A model generated the notes under the pieces. That model saw nothing but the letters and a program-made list of their open reading frames with translations, made no database searches and had not been told where the DNA came from. The translations under genes were made by a program, and so were the position numbers. A stretch of DNA of 32,955 bases from positions 1 through 32,955 of the forward strand of contig JAYEOU010000141.1 of assembly GCA_034723335.1 (NCBI GenBank). The letters are read 5' to 3'. Origin of the DNA: Patescibacteria group bacterium (lineage in GTDB: Bacteria > Patescibacteriota > Patescibacteriia > Patescibacteriales > VMTK01). The first letter of the stretch is position 1. Each line of letters begins with the position of its first letter. Below are positions 8,727 to 17,788 of this stretch, one piece after another.

Positions 8727-9034
8727 TTTAGAATTACGAATTACGAATTAAGAATTACGAGTTTGTATTTAGGGGCTGGTGATCTTTGCCGTTTTTGCCC
8801 TAAATTCCCAAAATTCGGCAAATTTATAAAAATAATTTTTTCGCCTATATTAGCTCATATAAGCTTAAAAATTATTTTTAAAATTTGCTCAAATTTTGAA
8901 AATTTATGATCAAAAGAGCAAAAATCACCAGCCCCTATTTACAAATCAAGAGTTTAAAGATCTTAATTCTTAATTCGTAATTCGTAATTCGTAATTCGTA
9001 ATTCGTAATTCGTAATTCGTAATTCGTAATTCTA
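8727..9034. repeat. Intergenic inverted-repeat element whose arms are heptamer arrays (acgaatt / aattcgt)
   Basis: Left arm is agaattacgaattacgaattaagaattacg...aggggctggtgat (to 8783). Right arm is atcaccagcccct (8924-8936) followed by aattcgt x8 (8972-9027) plus aattcta. Confidence 0.8.
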
Positions 9035-9036
9035 AT

Positions 9037-10755
9037 CTATTCCGCTACTCTAAATACTTCTTCCGCGCTGGTGATGCCGTCAATAGCTTTAAGCAAACCG
9101 TCCTGCGCCATGGTAATCATGCCGTTTTTCATAGCTATATCGCGCATATCATATTCGCTTACTTTGCCGCTTAAGATTAATTGTTCAATATCGCTATTCA
9201 TGGCCATAATTTCATAAATGCCAATACGGCCCTTATAGCCGATTCTCTGGCAGGCTTCACAACCATGGCCTTGATAAAATTTAAGATTATCAATATCAAT
9301 TTTATTTTTTTCCTCCTCAGGCAATTTATCTAAAATTTCCCGCGCTTTTTTATAATCTTCATCGCTAAGTTTTATTTCCTCCTTGCATTCCTCGCAAATA
9401 CGCCTAACTAATCGCTGGCCGATCATAGCGTTAAACGCCGGGGCCAGCAAGAACGGCTTTGCTCCCATTGATAAAAATCGCGGCACAGTGCCTGCCGCAT
9501 CATTAGTATGAATAGTTGAAAGAACCAAATGGCCGGTTAAAGCGGCTTGTATAGAAATTTCCGCTGTTTCCAAGTCGCGAATCTCGCCAACCATAATTAT
9601 GTCCGGGTCCTGTCTCACAATTGAACGAAGCCCCTTGGCAAAAGTATAATTTTTGCTGATTTGGGATTGGTTAATTCCTTTCAACTGGTACTCAATCGGA
9701 TCCTCAACGGTTATAATTTTTGTTTCCTGCTTATTAAGCTTTTTTAGAATAGCGTAAAGCGTAGTTGTTTTGCCTGATCCGGTCGGACCCGTAGTTATAA
9801 TCATGCCATTTGGGCGTTCTACCTCGCATTTTAACTGTTTATAAGCCCGGCCACGAATGCCCAAATCTTCAAAGTCCAAGCCAATAGCGCTTGAACGCAA
9901 TAATCTCATCACTACGCTTTCTCCATGGGCTGTCGGCAAAAATGATGCCCTAATGTCAACCTTGTCATCTTTTAAGTATATTGATATGCGGCCGTCTTGA
10001 GGCTTGTCAGTAATATTAATTTTAACATCAGCCAACATTTTCATGCGCGCGATAAATTTTTTCCATACTTCCTTGTCTAAAATAGCCGCATCATGCAAAA
10101 CGCCATCTATCCTAAATCTTATCTTAATATCTTCTTCTTCTCCCTCAATATGAATATCTGAAGCATTCAACTTAATGCTTGCCGCCATAATCATTGTTAC
10201 CATATCAGTTATCTGCGCTTTCTTAATCTGCTCTTGCAAATCTTTAAAGCTGGAAAGCTTTGCGCTATATTTATTTAATTCTTGCTCATTTATTTTAACG
10301 CCTTTAATAATTTCCCGCGGGGCAGGTATGGTCTTATAAAGCTCTAAGGCAAACTCAAGGCTATGGCTGGAAATTAAATAAATCTCGCCGTGGCAGTAAT
10401 ATTTCTCTTTTAGCTGGATTAATAGGTCTTTAACTTTGTTATCATCAGGCTGAGTTGAAGCTAAACGCAAATTATTGCCATCGTAATAAAAACAAACAAC
10501 GGATAATTTTTTAGCGTCTTCTTCTTTAATAAGTGATAAAGCTTCTGGGCTGACAGGAAAACCAGCCAAATCAACATAAGAGACGCCTGATTGTCCCGCT
10601 TGTTGCTCAGTTAAACGCTCAATTTCTTTTTTCTTAATTTCTTCCTGTTTTTCAACAAATTTTGTTTGCGCGCTTTCATCGCTTTGAGATTGGCCTTGAG
10701 ATGGAATAATTAAATCCTCAATTGAAGTAAATGGCTTTTTATAGTCTTTGGGCAT
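9037..10755 (-). CDS. pilB: Type II secretion / type IV pilus assembly ATPase (GspE/PilB family)
   Basis: Walker A GPTGSGKTTT, VEDPIEY, RQDPDIIMVGEIRD, and the tetracysteine CEECK...CEAC. Length is typical of PilB. Confidence 0.92.
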   Translation of the reverse strand: MPKDYKKPFTSIEDLIIPSQGQSQSDESAQTKFVEKQEEIKKKEIERLTEQQAGQSGVSYVDLAGFPVSPEALSLIKEEDAKKLSVVCFYYDGNNLRLASTQPDDNKVKDLLIQLKEKYYCHGEIYLISSHSLEFALELYKTIPAPREIIKGVKINEQELNKYSAKLSSFKDLQEQIKKAQITDMVTMIMAASIKLNASDIHIEGEEEDIKIRFRIDGVLHDAAILDKEVWKKFIARMKMLADVKINITDKPQDGRISIYLKDDKVDIRASFLPTAHGESVVMRLLRSSAIGLDFEDLGIRGRAYKQLKCEVERPNGMIITTGPTGSGKTTTLYAILKKLNKQETKIITVEDPIEYQLKGINQSQISKNYTFAKGLRSIVRQDPDIIMVGEIRDLETAEISIQAALTGHLVLSTIHTNDAAGTVPRFLSMGAKPFLLAPAFNAMIGQRLVRRICEECKEEIKLSDEDYKKAREILDKLPEEEKNKIDIDNLKFYQGHGCEACQRIGYKGRIGIYEIMAMNSDIEQLILSGKVSEYDMRDIAMKNGMITMAQDGLLKAIDGITSAEEVFRVAE

Positions 10756-10768
10756 AAATGTTAATTAT

Positions 10769-10981
10769 TTAATTTGCATGATTCTCGCCTTTGTCATCAA
10801 CAATTCTTACAATGACCAACGAAATTGCAGAAGCGGCAAGAATAACACCTAATGTGCTTACTGCTTTCAATGCTATATCATTGTCAAACACATCCCATAT
10901 TGCAAGTATTGCTAATATGGCCATAAATATAACGGATATTGTAAGTATAATTGCTATCCATTTTTTAACTGTTTTTAACAT
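10769..10981 (-). CDS. Small two-TM membrane protein, 13 nt upstream of pilB
   Basis: 70 aa with two clear hydrophobic helices, an ATG start and tight spacing to pilB. No family recognised. Confidence 0.5.
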   Translation of the reverse strand: MLKTVKKWIAIILTISVIFMAILAILAIWDVFDNDIALKAVSTLGVILAASAISLVIVRIVDDKGENHAN

Positions 10982-11022
10982 AGTATTTATTGATTTATTA
11001 AATTACGCGTTTGCTCTATTTT

Positions 11023-11322
11023 GTCATTCCTGTAGATGTTTACTAATTCGCTGACAGATTTTAGTATAAATCCTACCTTTGTCATTCCTGAAAATTTTGG
11101 AGCGGACGCGGAAAAATTTATTAGGAATCCAGGAGTTAGCAACAAAAATGAGAATTTAAATATATAATTATTAGCTGTAGAAACAATTAATAATAATGCG
11201 CATTAATATCGTTTCCTCCTGGATTCCTGGTCGCGCTCCTTTCGCTTCGCTTCAGTCGCTTGCCAGGAATGACAATTAAGTGTAAATCCGTCAACGAATT
11301 ACCTAACATCTACAATTCCCAA
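11023..11322. repeat. About 300-bp nested palindromic element (gtcattcc type)
   Basis: Outer arms are cctgtagatgtttactaattcgctgacagattt / taaatccgtcaacgaattacctaacatctacaatt. Inner arms are tttgtcattcctg / ccaggaatgacaa and ttaggaatccaggag / ctcctggattcctgg. Confidence 0.7.
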
Positions 11323-11407
11323 TCCCGCCTCGGCGGGAGGAATCCATGATTTGGCAGTAAAGCCAAAAAGTAGGATGTTAATAACGGTTTGCATTATGGC
11401 TCCACAG

Positions 11408-11431
11408 CCCCGCCCCTCGCGAGGAGCGGGG
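11408..11431. repeat. GC-rich palindrome ccccgcccctcgcgaggagcgggg, intergenic copy
   Basis: Near-identical copies lie at 4667-4694 (inside a CDS) and 14807-14830 (inside a MITE). Variants lie at 12784-12807 and about 1741-1762 (inside uvrA). Confidence 0.8.
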
Positions 11432-11712
11432 ACTATGGAGACGTCTCAGGGATTGAATTTTCAATTTCTAATCCGCCAGCTGACGGATAAATTTCTATTA
11501 AATTTGAATGCCAATAATTAATTATAAAAAATAAATAGCTGGTCAAGGGTGTCTCACCCTTGACATTACCGCCTGCGGCAAACGATTATGCTGTGGGTGA
11601 GACACCCACAGCCAGCTTAATTCTTAATTTTTAATCCGCCAGCCGGCGGAGCGGACAAAATTGAAAATTCTCTATAATTTATTTCAAAATTCAAAAATAT
11701 TCTTAATAGTTT

Positions 11713-12717
11713 TTACTTCTTACTTCTAAATTCTAACTTCTTAAACATCCTCGCAATCCTGCTTGTCCCGCCTTTATTGATCAGTTCAATGAACAATCCC
11801 GTCCAAGACGCGATTTGAAAAGTGGATAGAGCAGCTCCTGTCAGGACAGTAATGGCTAAAAAAATAATTAAAGCTAAAATGGCCACAACCCAAAAACCGG
11901 TTGCTGAAAATATATAATAAAAAATTAAACCCAGAAACAAAAACGGCACGGCTAAAATTAAAACAGTTAAAACTAAGGCAAGGCCAACCAATAAATTAAT
12001 AAAAAATAAGATAAAAGCCATTTCAACGCTAACCAGCCAATTGCCGGCAAATAGTCTCCAGCCGTCCCTGATAGCCGCGCAAAAACCACTGCCGCGAATA
12101 ACAACATAAGCGATGGCATACTTAATGATAAAAGATAAAGCAATGGCTAATGGTATAAAAATTATAAAAGCGATAACATAAAACAAGTCAATTGCGGCCA
12201 TGCTATTTTGGGCAAGCGATAAAACAAACGGCAAGCTAAGCAAAATAAACAATAAATAAATAAATAATTTAATAACTATATTTAAGCCAAACACCGGCCA
12301 AAAATTTTTTATGCCAACGGCAACGCCATTCTGGATCCCTAATTTTCCTGATTTTTTTTCAGTAATAATATTGGCTGAATTATTAACCAAAGCCGCCTGC
12401 GATACTATAACCAGCCAAACCAAAAATCCAAACAAAATAAAGATTACTAAACCGACAGCTAAAATCATTGCTAAAGACAAGGGATCTTCATGTATTATCT
12501 GCTTAATATTATTTAAAGTTTGGCTGCTAAAAACGCCTGTCTCAACAAAACGCTGCCAACCGGGAAAAAAATTGGCATTGCCGCTTAAGCCGCGCGCCAA
12601 TATTTCATATTCGCCGCCATTTCCAAACAAAGCGGCAAACAAGCCAAAAAACCATAAATATTTGTTTTGCCAAGTAATTTTTAAGCCCTGTTTTAAAATG
12701 TTGCTATATAATTGCAT
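11713..12717 (-). CDS. Polytopic membrane protein of unknown function
   Basis: 334 aa with 7-8 hydrophobic segments. AAGGAGG Shine-Dalgarno about 7 nt upstream of the ATG. The C-terminus and stop lie in a cttctNa heptamer array (11716-11743). Confidence 0.7.
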   Translation of the reverse strand: MQLYSNILKQGLKITWQNKYLWFFGLFAALFGNGGEYEILARGLSGNANFFPGWQRFVETGVFSSQTLNNIKQIIHEDPLSLAMILAVGLVIFILFGFLVWLVIVSQAALVNNSANIITEKKSGKLGIQNGVAVGIKNFWPVFGLNIVIKLFIYLLFILLSLPFVLSLAQNSMAAIDLFYVIAFIIFIPLAIALSFIIKYAIAYVVIRGSGFCAAIRDGWRLFAGNWLVSVEMAFILFFINLLVGLALVLTVLILAVPFLFLGLIFYYIFSATGFWVVAILALIIFLAITVLTGAALSTFQIASWTGLFIELINKGGTSRIARMFKKLEFRSKK

Positions 12718-12827
12718 ATAGTTTCCTCCTTAAAATCGCGAATAAAACGCGAATGGTCAAGAATTAAGAATTAAGTCCGTCAGCCCCGCTACTCGCGAGC
12801 GGCGGGGCCAGCTGGCGGATTTTATAA

Positions 12828-12876
12828 GTTCCATGTTCCACGTTATGCGTTATGCGTTATGCGTTATGCGTTATAC
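12828..12876. repeat. Heptamer tandem array: gttccat x2, then gttatgc x4 plus a variant
   Basis: Read directly. 12857-12876 overlaps the ftsH 3' end, so residues ...CITHNA and the TAA stop are array-encoded. Confidence 0.9.
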
Positions 12877-14695
12877 AACCCTTCTCCCCCACTATTTTCT
12901 CAAATTCCTCTCTCTCTATAGTCTCCTTCTTGAGCAACACTTCAACTATTTTTTCTAAATCTTTGCGTTTTGCTTTAATAATGCCCTTGGCTTGATGAGC
13001 CGCTTTATTTATAAAATCAGAAATTTCCTTATCAATTTGTTCAGCAATTCTTTCACTATAATCCCTTTGTTCATGAATTTCCCGGCCTAAAAAAATCATT
13101 TCATCTTTACTGCCAAAAGTTCGCGGACCCAAAGTTTCGCTCATGCCAAAATCAGTAATTAATCTGCGGGCTAGACTTGTGGCTTGGCGCAAATCAGAAG
13201 TGGCTCCGGTTGTAATCTCGCCAAAAACTTCCTGTTCTGCTACATACCCCGCTAACAAAACCGCAATTTCTTCAATAAATTCATCCTTAGTATGCATATG
13301 CTTATCTTTAGTCGGCATTTTTAAAGTATAGCCGCCGGCCTGGCCGCGCGCGATAATAGAAATTTTCTGCACAGGATCAGTGCACGGCAAATTATGGGCG
13401 ACCAAGGCATGCCCTGCTTCGTGATAAGCGGTAATCTTTTTTTCTTTTTCAGTTAAAACCCTGCTTTTGCGCTCAGGCCCTAACATTACTCTTTCAATTG
13501 ACTCTAACAATTTATCCATTTCAATTATTTTTTTATTGCGCCGGGCGGTTAACAGAGCTGCTTCATTAAGCAGGTTAGCCAAATCAGCTCCGCTAAAACC
13601 AGGAGTGCGCTCGGCAACGCGGCGCAAACTAACTTCTTTGGCTAACGGCTTTTTGCGCGCGTGGACTTTAAGAATCGCTTCCCGATCGGCAATATCCGGC
13701 GCGTCTAAAGTAACGCGGCGATCAAAACGGCCGGGCCTGAGCAATGCCGTATCTAAAACATCCGGACGATTCGTAGCCGCCATCACAATCACATTGGTAT
13801 TTGGCTCAAAGCCGTCCATCTCCACTAAAATCTGATTTAAAGTCTGTTCCCGCTCATCATGCGAACCGCCCAAGCCGGCGCCGCGCTTGCGCCCCACGGC
13901 GTCTAATTCGTCAATAAATATAATGCAAGGCGTATTTTTTTTAGCTTTTTTAAATAAATCACGGACCCTGCTCGCTCCAACCCCGACAAACATCTCTACA
14001 AATTCCGAGCCGGAAATGCTAAAAAAAGGCACATTGGCTTCACCTGCCGTGGCGCGGGCTAAAAGCGTTTTGCCGCAACCAGGGCCGCCTAAAAGCAAAA
14101 CGCCCTTGGGAATACGCGCTCCTAATTCAATAAATTTTTTAGGATGCTGTAAAAATTCAACCACTTCTTTCAACTCTTCCTTGGCTTCTTTATCTCCTGC
14201 CACATCGCGAAAAGTAACTTTATCCTTGCGATCCTTGCTGATTTCACGGGCTTGGGACTGGCCGAACATCATTGCCCTGGTGTTAGCTCCCTGAACCCCG
14301 CGCATCATTAAATAAATAAAAACGCCGATTATTAAAAAAGGCAGTAAAAACGGCAAAAGAGCGGTAAGCCAATAATCCATGCCTGATTCTTCTTTAACCT
14401 CAATTTTAATAGCGGCGATTTTAGCCGAATCAACGCCAAAATTATTTAATAATTCAGACAAAGATTCGCCTACTTCTTTCTTAATTGTTTCTTCTCTGCT
14501 GTCTTTTAAAGCCACTTTTAATTCATCTCCTTCTATAATAATGCTATACACTTCCTCATTGTTAATTTGATTAATCAATGTTTCAATGCCAACTCTGTCG
14601 CTTTCTTGTTTACCCGCGCCAAAAGCGCTGAATAAAGCGGCAATCATTAAAAAAACAATAAAAAATATTAAGAAATTTTTAACCAAATTTTTCAT
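12857..14695 (-). CDS. ftsH: ATP-dependent zinc metalloprotease FtsH
   Basis: Two N-terminal TM segments, AAA+ Walker A GPGCGKT, Walker [12 protein letters not shown] region, and the zinc motif HEAGHA. Confidence 0.97.
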   Translation of the reverse strand: MKNLVKNFLIFFIVFLMIAALFSAFGAGKQESDRVGIETLINQINNEEVYSIIIEGDELKVALKDSREETIKKEVGESLSELLNNFGVDSAKIAAIKIEVKEESGMDYWLTALLPFLLPFLIIGVFIYLMMRGVQGANTRAMMFGQSQAREISKDRKDKVTFRDVAGDKEAKEELKEVVEFLQHPKKFIELGARIPKGVLLLGGPGCGKTLLARATAGEANVPFFSISGSEFVEMFVGVGASRVRDLFKKAKKNTPCIIFIDELDAVGRKRGAGLGGSHDEREQTLNQILVEMDGFEPNTNVIVMAATNRPDVLDTALLRPGRFDRRVTLDAPDIADREAILKVHARKKPLAKEVSLRRVAERTPGFSGADLANLLNEAALLTARRNKKIIEMDKLLESIERVMLGPERKSRVLTEKEKKITAYHEAGHALVAHNLPCTDPVQKISIIARGQAGGYTLKMPTKDKHMHTKDEFIEEIAVLLAGYVAEQEVFGEITTGATSDLRQATSLARRLITDFGMSETLGPRTFGSKDEMIFLGREIHEQRDYSERIAEQIDKEISDFINKAAHQAKGIIKAKRKDLEKIVEVLLKKETIEREEFEKIVGEKGCITHNA

Positions 14696-14711
14696 ATTTT
14701 TCAGAAAACAG

Positions 14712-15008
14712 ATATTTATAGATATTAGTGGATATTAGCTCCTCTCCCGCTAAAGCGGGATCGGAGCGATATTTAATAGACTTGTCGCGTAATTAGTTTT
14801 GTAACGTCCCGCCCCTCACGAGGAGCGGGATGAGTTATAATTTTTCAAACAATTTTTGAGGTTTAGCCTAAGCTAAGCTGAAAAAATTTTTGGAAAATTT
14901 GACCAAAATTTGAAAATTGCAATAAAAAATAATTACGCGACAAGTCTAATATCAATAAATATCGCGCGAAGCGCAAATATCAACAAGTATCAATAAATAT
15001 CTATTATC
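14712..15008. repeat. 10-nt-phased AT-unit array upstream of ftsH, interrupted by a MITE
   Basis: Units atatttatag, atattagtgg, atattagctcc..(hairpin tcccgctaaagcggga)..gagcg, atatttaa | MITE | atcaataaat, atcgcgcgaagcgcaaat, atcaacaagt, atcaataaat, atctattatc. Confidence 0.6.
14777..14948 (-). mobile_element. MITE family 1, copy 2 (opposite orientation to copy 1)
   Basis: Same TIRs and core. Its internal modules differ: it carries the tcccgcccctcacgaggagcggga palindrome, and aaaatttgaaaatt in place of tccgccagctggcgga. Confidence 0.85.
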
Positions 15009-15057
15009 AAAATTATATAACATTATAATTATTTTGGCAAATTATATAAAACAAAAA

Positions 15058-15248
15058 GGTTTAATGGTCAAAAATGGTTGCTGATTTTTTAATAGTTAAA
15101 CAAAATTTTTACTAAAATTAGTATAAAATTGAAGTTAAAAATAGCATAGAAAGTCATTAACTTTAAATCTATTTAAACTTAATGTTAGTTCATAGCTGAT
15201 GTTACAATAAAAACGCAATTTTCAGCAACCATTTTTGACCATTAAGCC
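15058..15248. mobile_element. MITE family 2 (27-bp TIRs, 8-bp target-site duplication)
   Basis: TIRs ggtttaatggtcaaaaatggttgctga / tcagcaaccatttttgaccattaagcc match 26/27. Flanked by the direct repeat aacaaaaa at 15050-15057 and 15249-15256. A second copy lies at 32832 onward. Confidence 0.88.
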
Positions 15249-15301
15249 AACAAAAATATCCTTCCTAAAAACAGCGGAGGATATTTTTTACTATGGTCTT
15301 T

Positions 15302-15559
15302 TTACTTTTTATTTTCCTTATCGCCTTTTTTGTCTTCTTTGCTAACTTCACTTTTTTTCTCTTCTGCTTCTTTTTCTTTATCTTCATGCTTGCGCGCAAC
15401 TGATTTTTTAACACCTAAAATCTTAGCAACGGAGAATAATTTTTTTGTTTTTGCCCGCCTTGGCTTATCGGCGAGGCAAATATCTTTTCCATCCTCATCT
15501 TTCTTATCTTTTTGCTTGTCCGCCACAGCTCTCTTGGCTTCCGTAGCTTCCGACGCCAT
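15302..15559 (-). CDS. Possible small Lys/Glu-rich protein downstream of rpsA
   Basis: 85-aa ORF with an ATG start and low-complexity K/E/D composition. Other frames are also open here, so coding status is uncertain. Confidence 0.3.
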   Translation of the reverse strand: MASEATEAKRAVADKQKDKKDEDGKDICLADKPRRAKTKKLFSVAKILGVKKSVARKHEDKEKEAEEKKSEVSKEDKKGDKENKK

Positions 15560-15659
15560 AGGCTTTGGCCGACGGCTGTCAGCGAAAGGGGCAGCACAGG
15601 CGGACTTATCCTCAGTAACTTCCTTGTGCTTGCTTTCAACTTTATGAACTTTATCACTT

Positions 15660-16778
15660 TTAACTTTTACTTCCGCTTGCCGCTTGCCGCTTGCCGATCG
15701 CCAGTCCCAAGCGATGTTCCTCCGGCTCTACTGAAGCAATAATAAATTTTTGCTTATCGCCAACTTTAAAAATTTGGTTAATTTTTTGGTCAGGCGCTAA
15801 ATTAAGCTGGCTTATATGAGCCAAGCCGTGAATGTCTTTATCTAACTTAACAAATAATCCAAAAGGGTTGACTTTAAGAATGTCGCAGACAACGGCCTGC
15901 CCTTCTTTATATTTTTTCCCCGCATCTTGCCACGGATCTTTAATTAATTTTTTAGCTGACAAAAAAATCTTAGGGCCGTCAATTGAAATAATTTCCGCGC
16001 TTAAAGTGTCGCCGCGCTTAAATAAGCTGGCGGGATTATCTATTCTCTGCCATGCAAGTTCGGAAATATGAATTAAACCCTCCAAATTTTCGGCAAAATT
16101 AATAAAAACGCCAAAATTTGTTATAGCGGTAATCTTGCCTTTAACCACGCTGCCGACTTTATATTTATTAATTATGTCTTTTTTATTTTCTTGCCAAGCT
16201 TCTTTTTCGCTAACAACCAATCTTTCCTCTTTTTGGTCCAACGCTATAATTTTTACTTCAAACTCATTATTAACAAAAGATTTTAATTTAGTTAAAATTT
16301 TGCTTTTATCGCCGCCGCTAATCCGCGGATAATTATCCGGAGATAATTGGGAAACCGGCAAAAAACCGATAATCTGTCCGTAACTGACTAACAAGCCGCC
16401 TTTATTGGCATTACTGACTTTAACTTTAATGATTTTTTTATTTTCATAAGCGCTAATTAAATTATCCCATGCTTTTTGCTCGCCGGCATGCCTGAATGAC
16501 AGCTCCAGCTCCCCATTTTCATTTTCCTCTTCAAAAACAGTCGCTTCAATCTTGCCCCCGGGTTTTAAATTAGCATATTCTTCCGCTTCATAATAAAGCT
16601 CGCGGCCGCGCACAACGCCGGTAATTACGCCGTTAATATCTAATCTAACTTCAGATTTTGAAGCTGATAAAACAATTCCTGTAACAGTATCGCCGATTTG
16701 GGGAATTTTAATATCATCATGTTTTAATAATTCAGCAAAATCATTGCTTGACGATTGATTGTTTTTTTGTGTTGCCAT
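15660..16778 (-). CDS. rpsA: 30S ribosomal protein S1 (four S1 domains)
   Basis: Repeated S1/OB motifs (G..V.G.V......G....I.....G..H.S....). The C-terminal GKRQAASGSKS is partly encoded by cgcttgc x3 (15674-15694). Confidence 0.92.
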   Translation of the reverse strand: MATQKNNQSSSNDFAELLKHDDIKIPQIGDTVTGIVLSASKSEVRLDINGVITGVVRGRELYYEAEEYANLKPGGKIEATVFEEENENGELELSFRHAGEQKAWDNLISAYENKKIIKVKVSNANKGGLLVSYGQIIGFLPVSQLSPDNYPRISGGDKSKILTKLKSFVNNEFEVKIIALDQKEERLVVSEKEAWQENKKDIINKYKVGSVVKGKITAITNFGVFINFAENLEGLIHISELAWQRIDNPASLFKRGDTLSAEIISIDGPKIFLSAKKLIKDPWQDAGKKYKEGQAVVCDILKVNPFGLFVKLDKDIHGLAHISQLNLAPDQKINQIFKVGDKQKFIIASVEPEEHRLGLAIGKRQAASGSKS

Positions 16779-16952
16779 AAAAATACTATATTAATAAAAA
16801 AATAGCATTTAACCTCCAATTACGGGAAGCTCTTTGGCCGCCTAACCAAAGAATTTATTATAGGCGTTTATTTAATTGTTTCTCTATTATACACAAATCA
16901 CAGAATAATACAAGCCCAATTCAACTATATGATAATATGACAAAATTAGAAA

Positions 16953-17663
16953 TCATATCTTAATATAATCCCGCCATCGCTTATATAATTCACAGGTTGC
17001 CGTTAAATCCCAGCTATTATACTCTGCGATTTCTTTATATTTTCTTTCTTTAAATAACCGTCCCACATCATCGCCGGCAATACCCTCTGCTTTTGGGGAT
17101 TTGATGCCGAACACGTTGCAATACAAGTGCAAATTGCCTTTGCGCCTGACCGCGCCATAAAAAGACAGCTGATCCAATAAATCAATATGCTTGGCGTTAA
17201 AATATTGACTGCGCAAATAACGGTTAGACATTAAATCTTTGGTCGGTTTTATTTTATGAACAGCTGATCTAATTAACATAAAAGGCACATCAAAAGACCT
17301 GCCGTTAAAACTGACAAATTCATTGTATTGCTTGGCGCCTTGCCAAAAATCTTTTAATATTTCCGCTTCGGTTCTTGGCTTAAAAATAAAATTGTCTTGG
17401 CTGAATTCTTCTGCTTTCTGTTCTAACGACTGATAATAAACCACTCCTTTATTGCGTTCGTCATCTAAAATTCCAAGCGCCACTATCTCGCCTGTCAATG
17501 GAGAAAAACCCAAACCCTCTTTCAAATCCTGCAGCATAACATTATATTTGCCTTGATCATCTCCTGCTTCGCGCTTAATCCAGCGAGTTAAGCTATGCTG
17601 TGTTGTCTCATCCAGCTTGTCAAAATCCGCGCCAATTGTTTCTATGTCAAAAATTAATGCCAT
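16953..17663 (-). CDS. RNase H-fold 3'-5' exonuclease (PolB exonuclease-domain-like)
   Basis: N-terminal ALIFDIETIG Exo I motif, a later FNG..FD motif and a C-terminal YN..D. Size is about 236 aa. Confidence 0.72.
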   Translation of the reverse strand: MALIFDIETIGADFDKLDETTQHSLTRWIKREAGDDQGKYNVMLQDLKEGLGFSPLTGEIVALGILDDERNKGVVYYQSLEQKAEEFSQDNFIFKPRTEAEILKDFWQGAKQYNEFVSFNGRSFDVPFMLIRSAVHKIKPTKDLMSNRYLRSQYFNAKHIDLLDQLSFYGAVRRKGNLHLYCNVFGIKSPKAEGIAGDDVGRLFKERKYKEIAEYNSWDLTATCELYKRWRDYIKI

Positions 17664-17788
17664 AAATTAATCTTATTAACTCATATTATGCATCTTATAA
17701 ATATTTGTGCCTTACTACATAGAAATACAGTAGAAATACAATTATATCTCTACTGTATTTCTACTATATTTCAATACATTCACAATTA

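Noticed and set aside
13467-14294. Plus-strand ORFs of 122 and 135 aa inside ftsH, with similar antisense ORFs inside uvrA, gyrA, tig, rpsA and the membrane genes
   Set aside because: They are antisense shadows of strongly supported genes. Their Ser/Pro/Leu-rich composition is typical of non-coding frames.
15330-15742. Overlapping ORFs 15330-15647(+), 15415-15657(-) and 15512-15742(+)
   Set aside because: These are mutually overlapping low-complexity frames in a purine/pyrimidine-skewed stretch. Only the ATG-initiated K/E-rich minus-strand ORF is kept, at low confidence.
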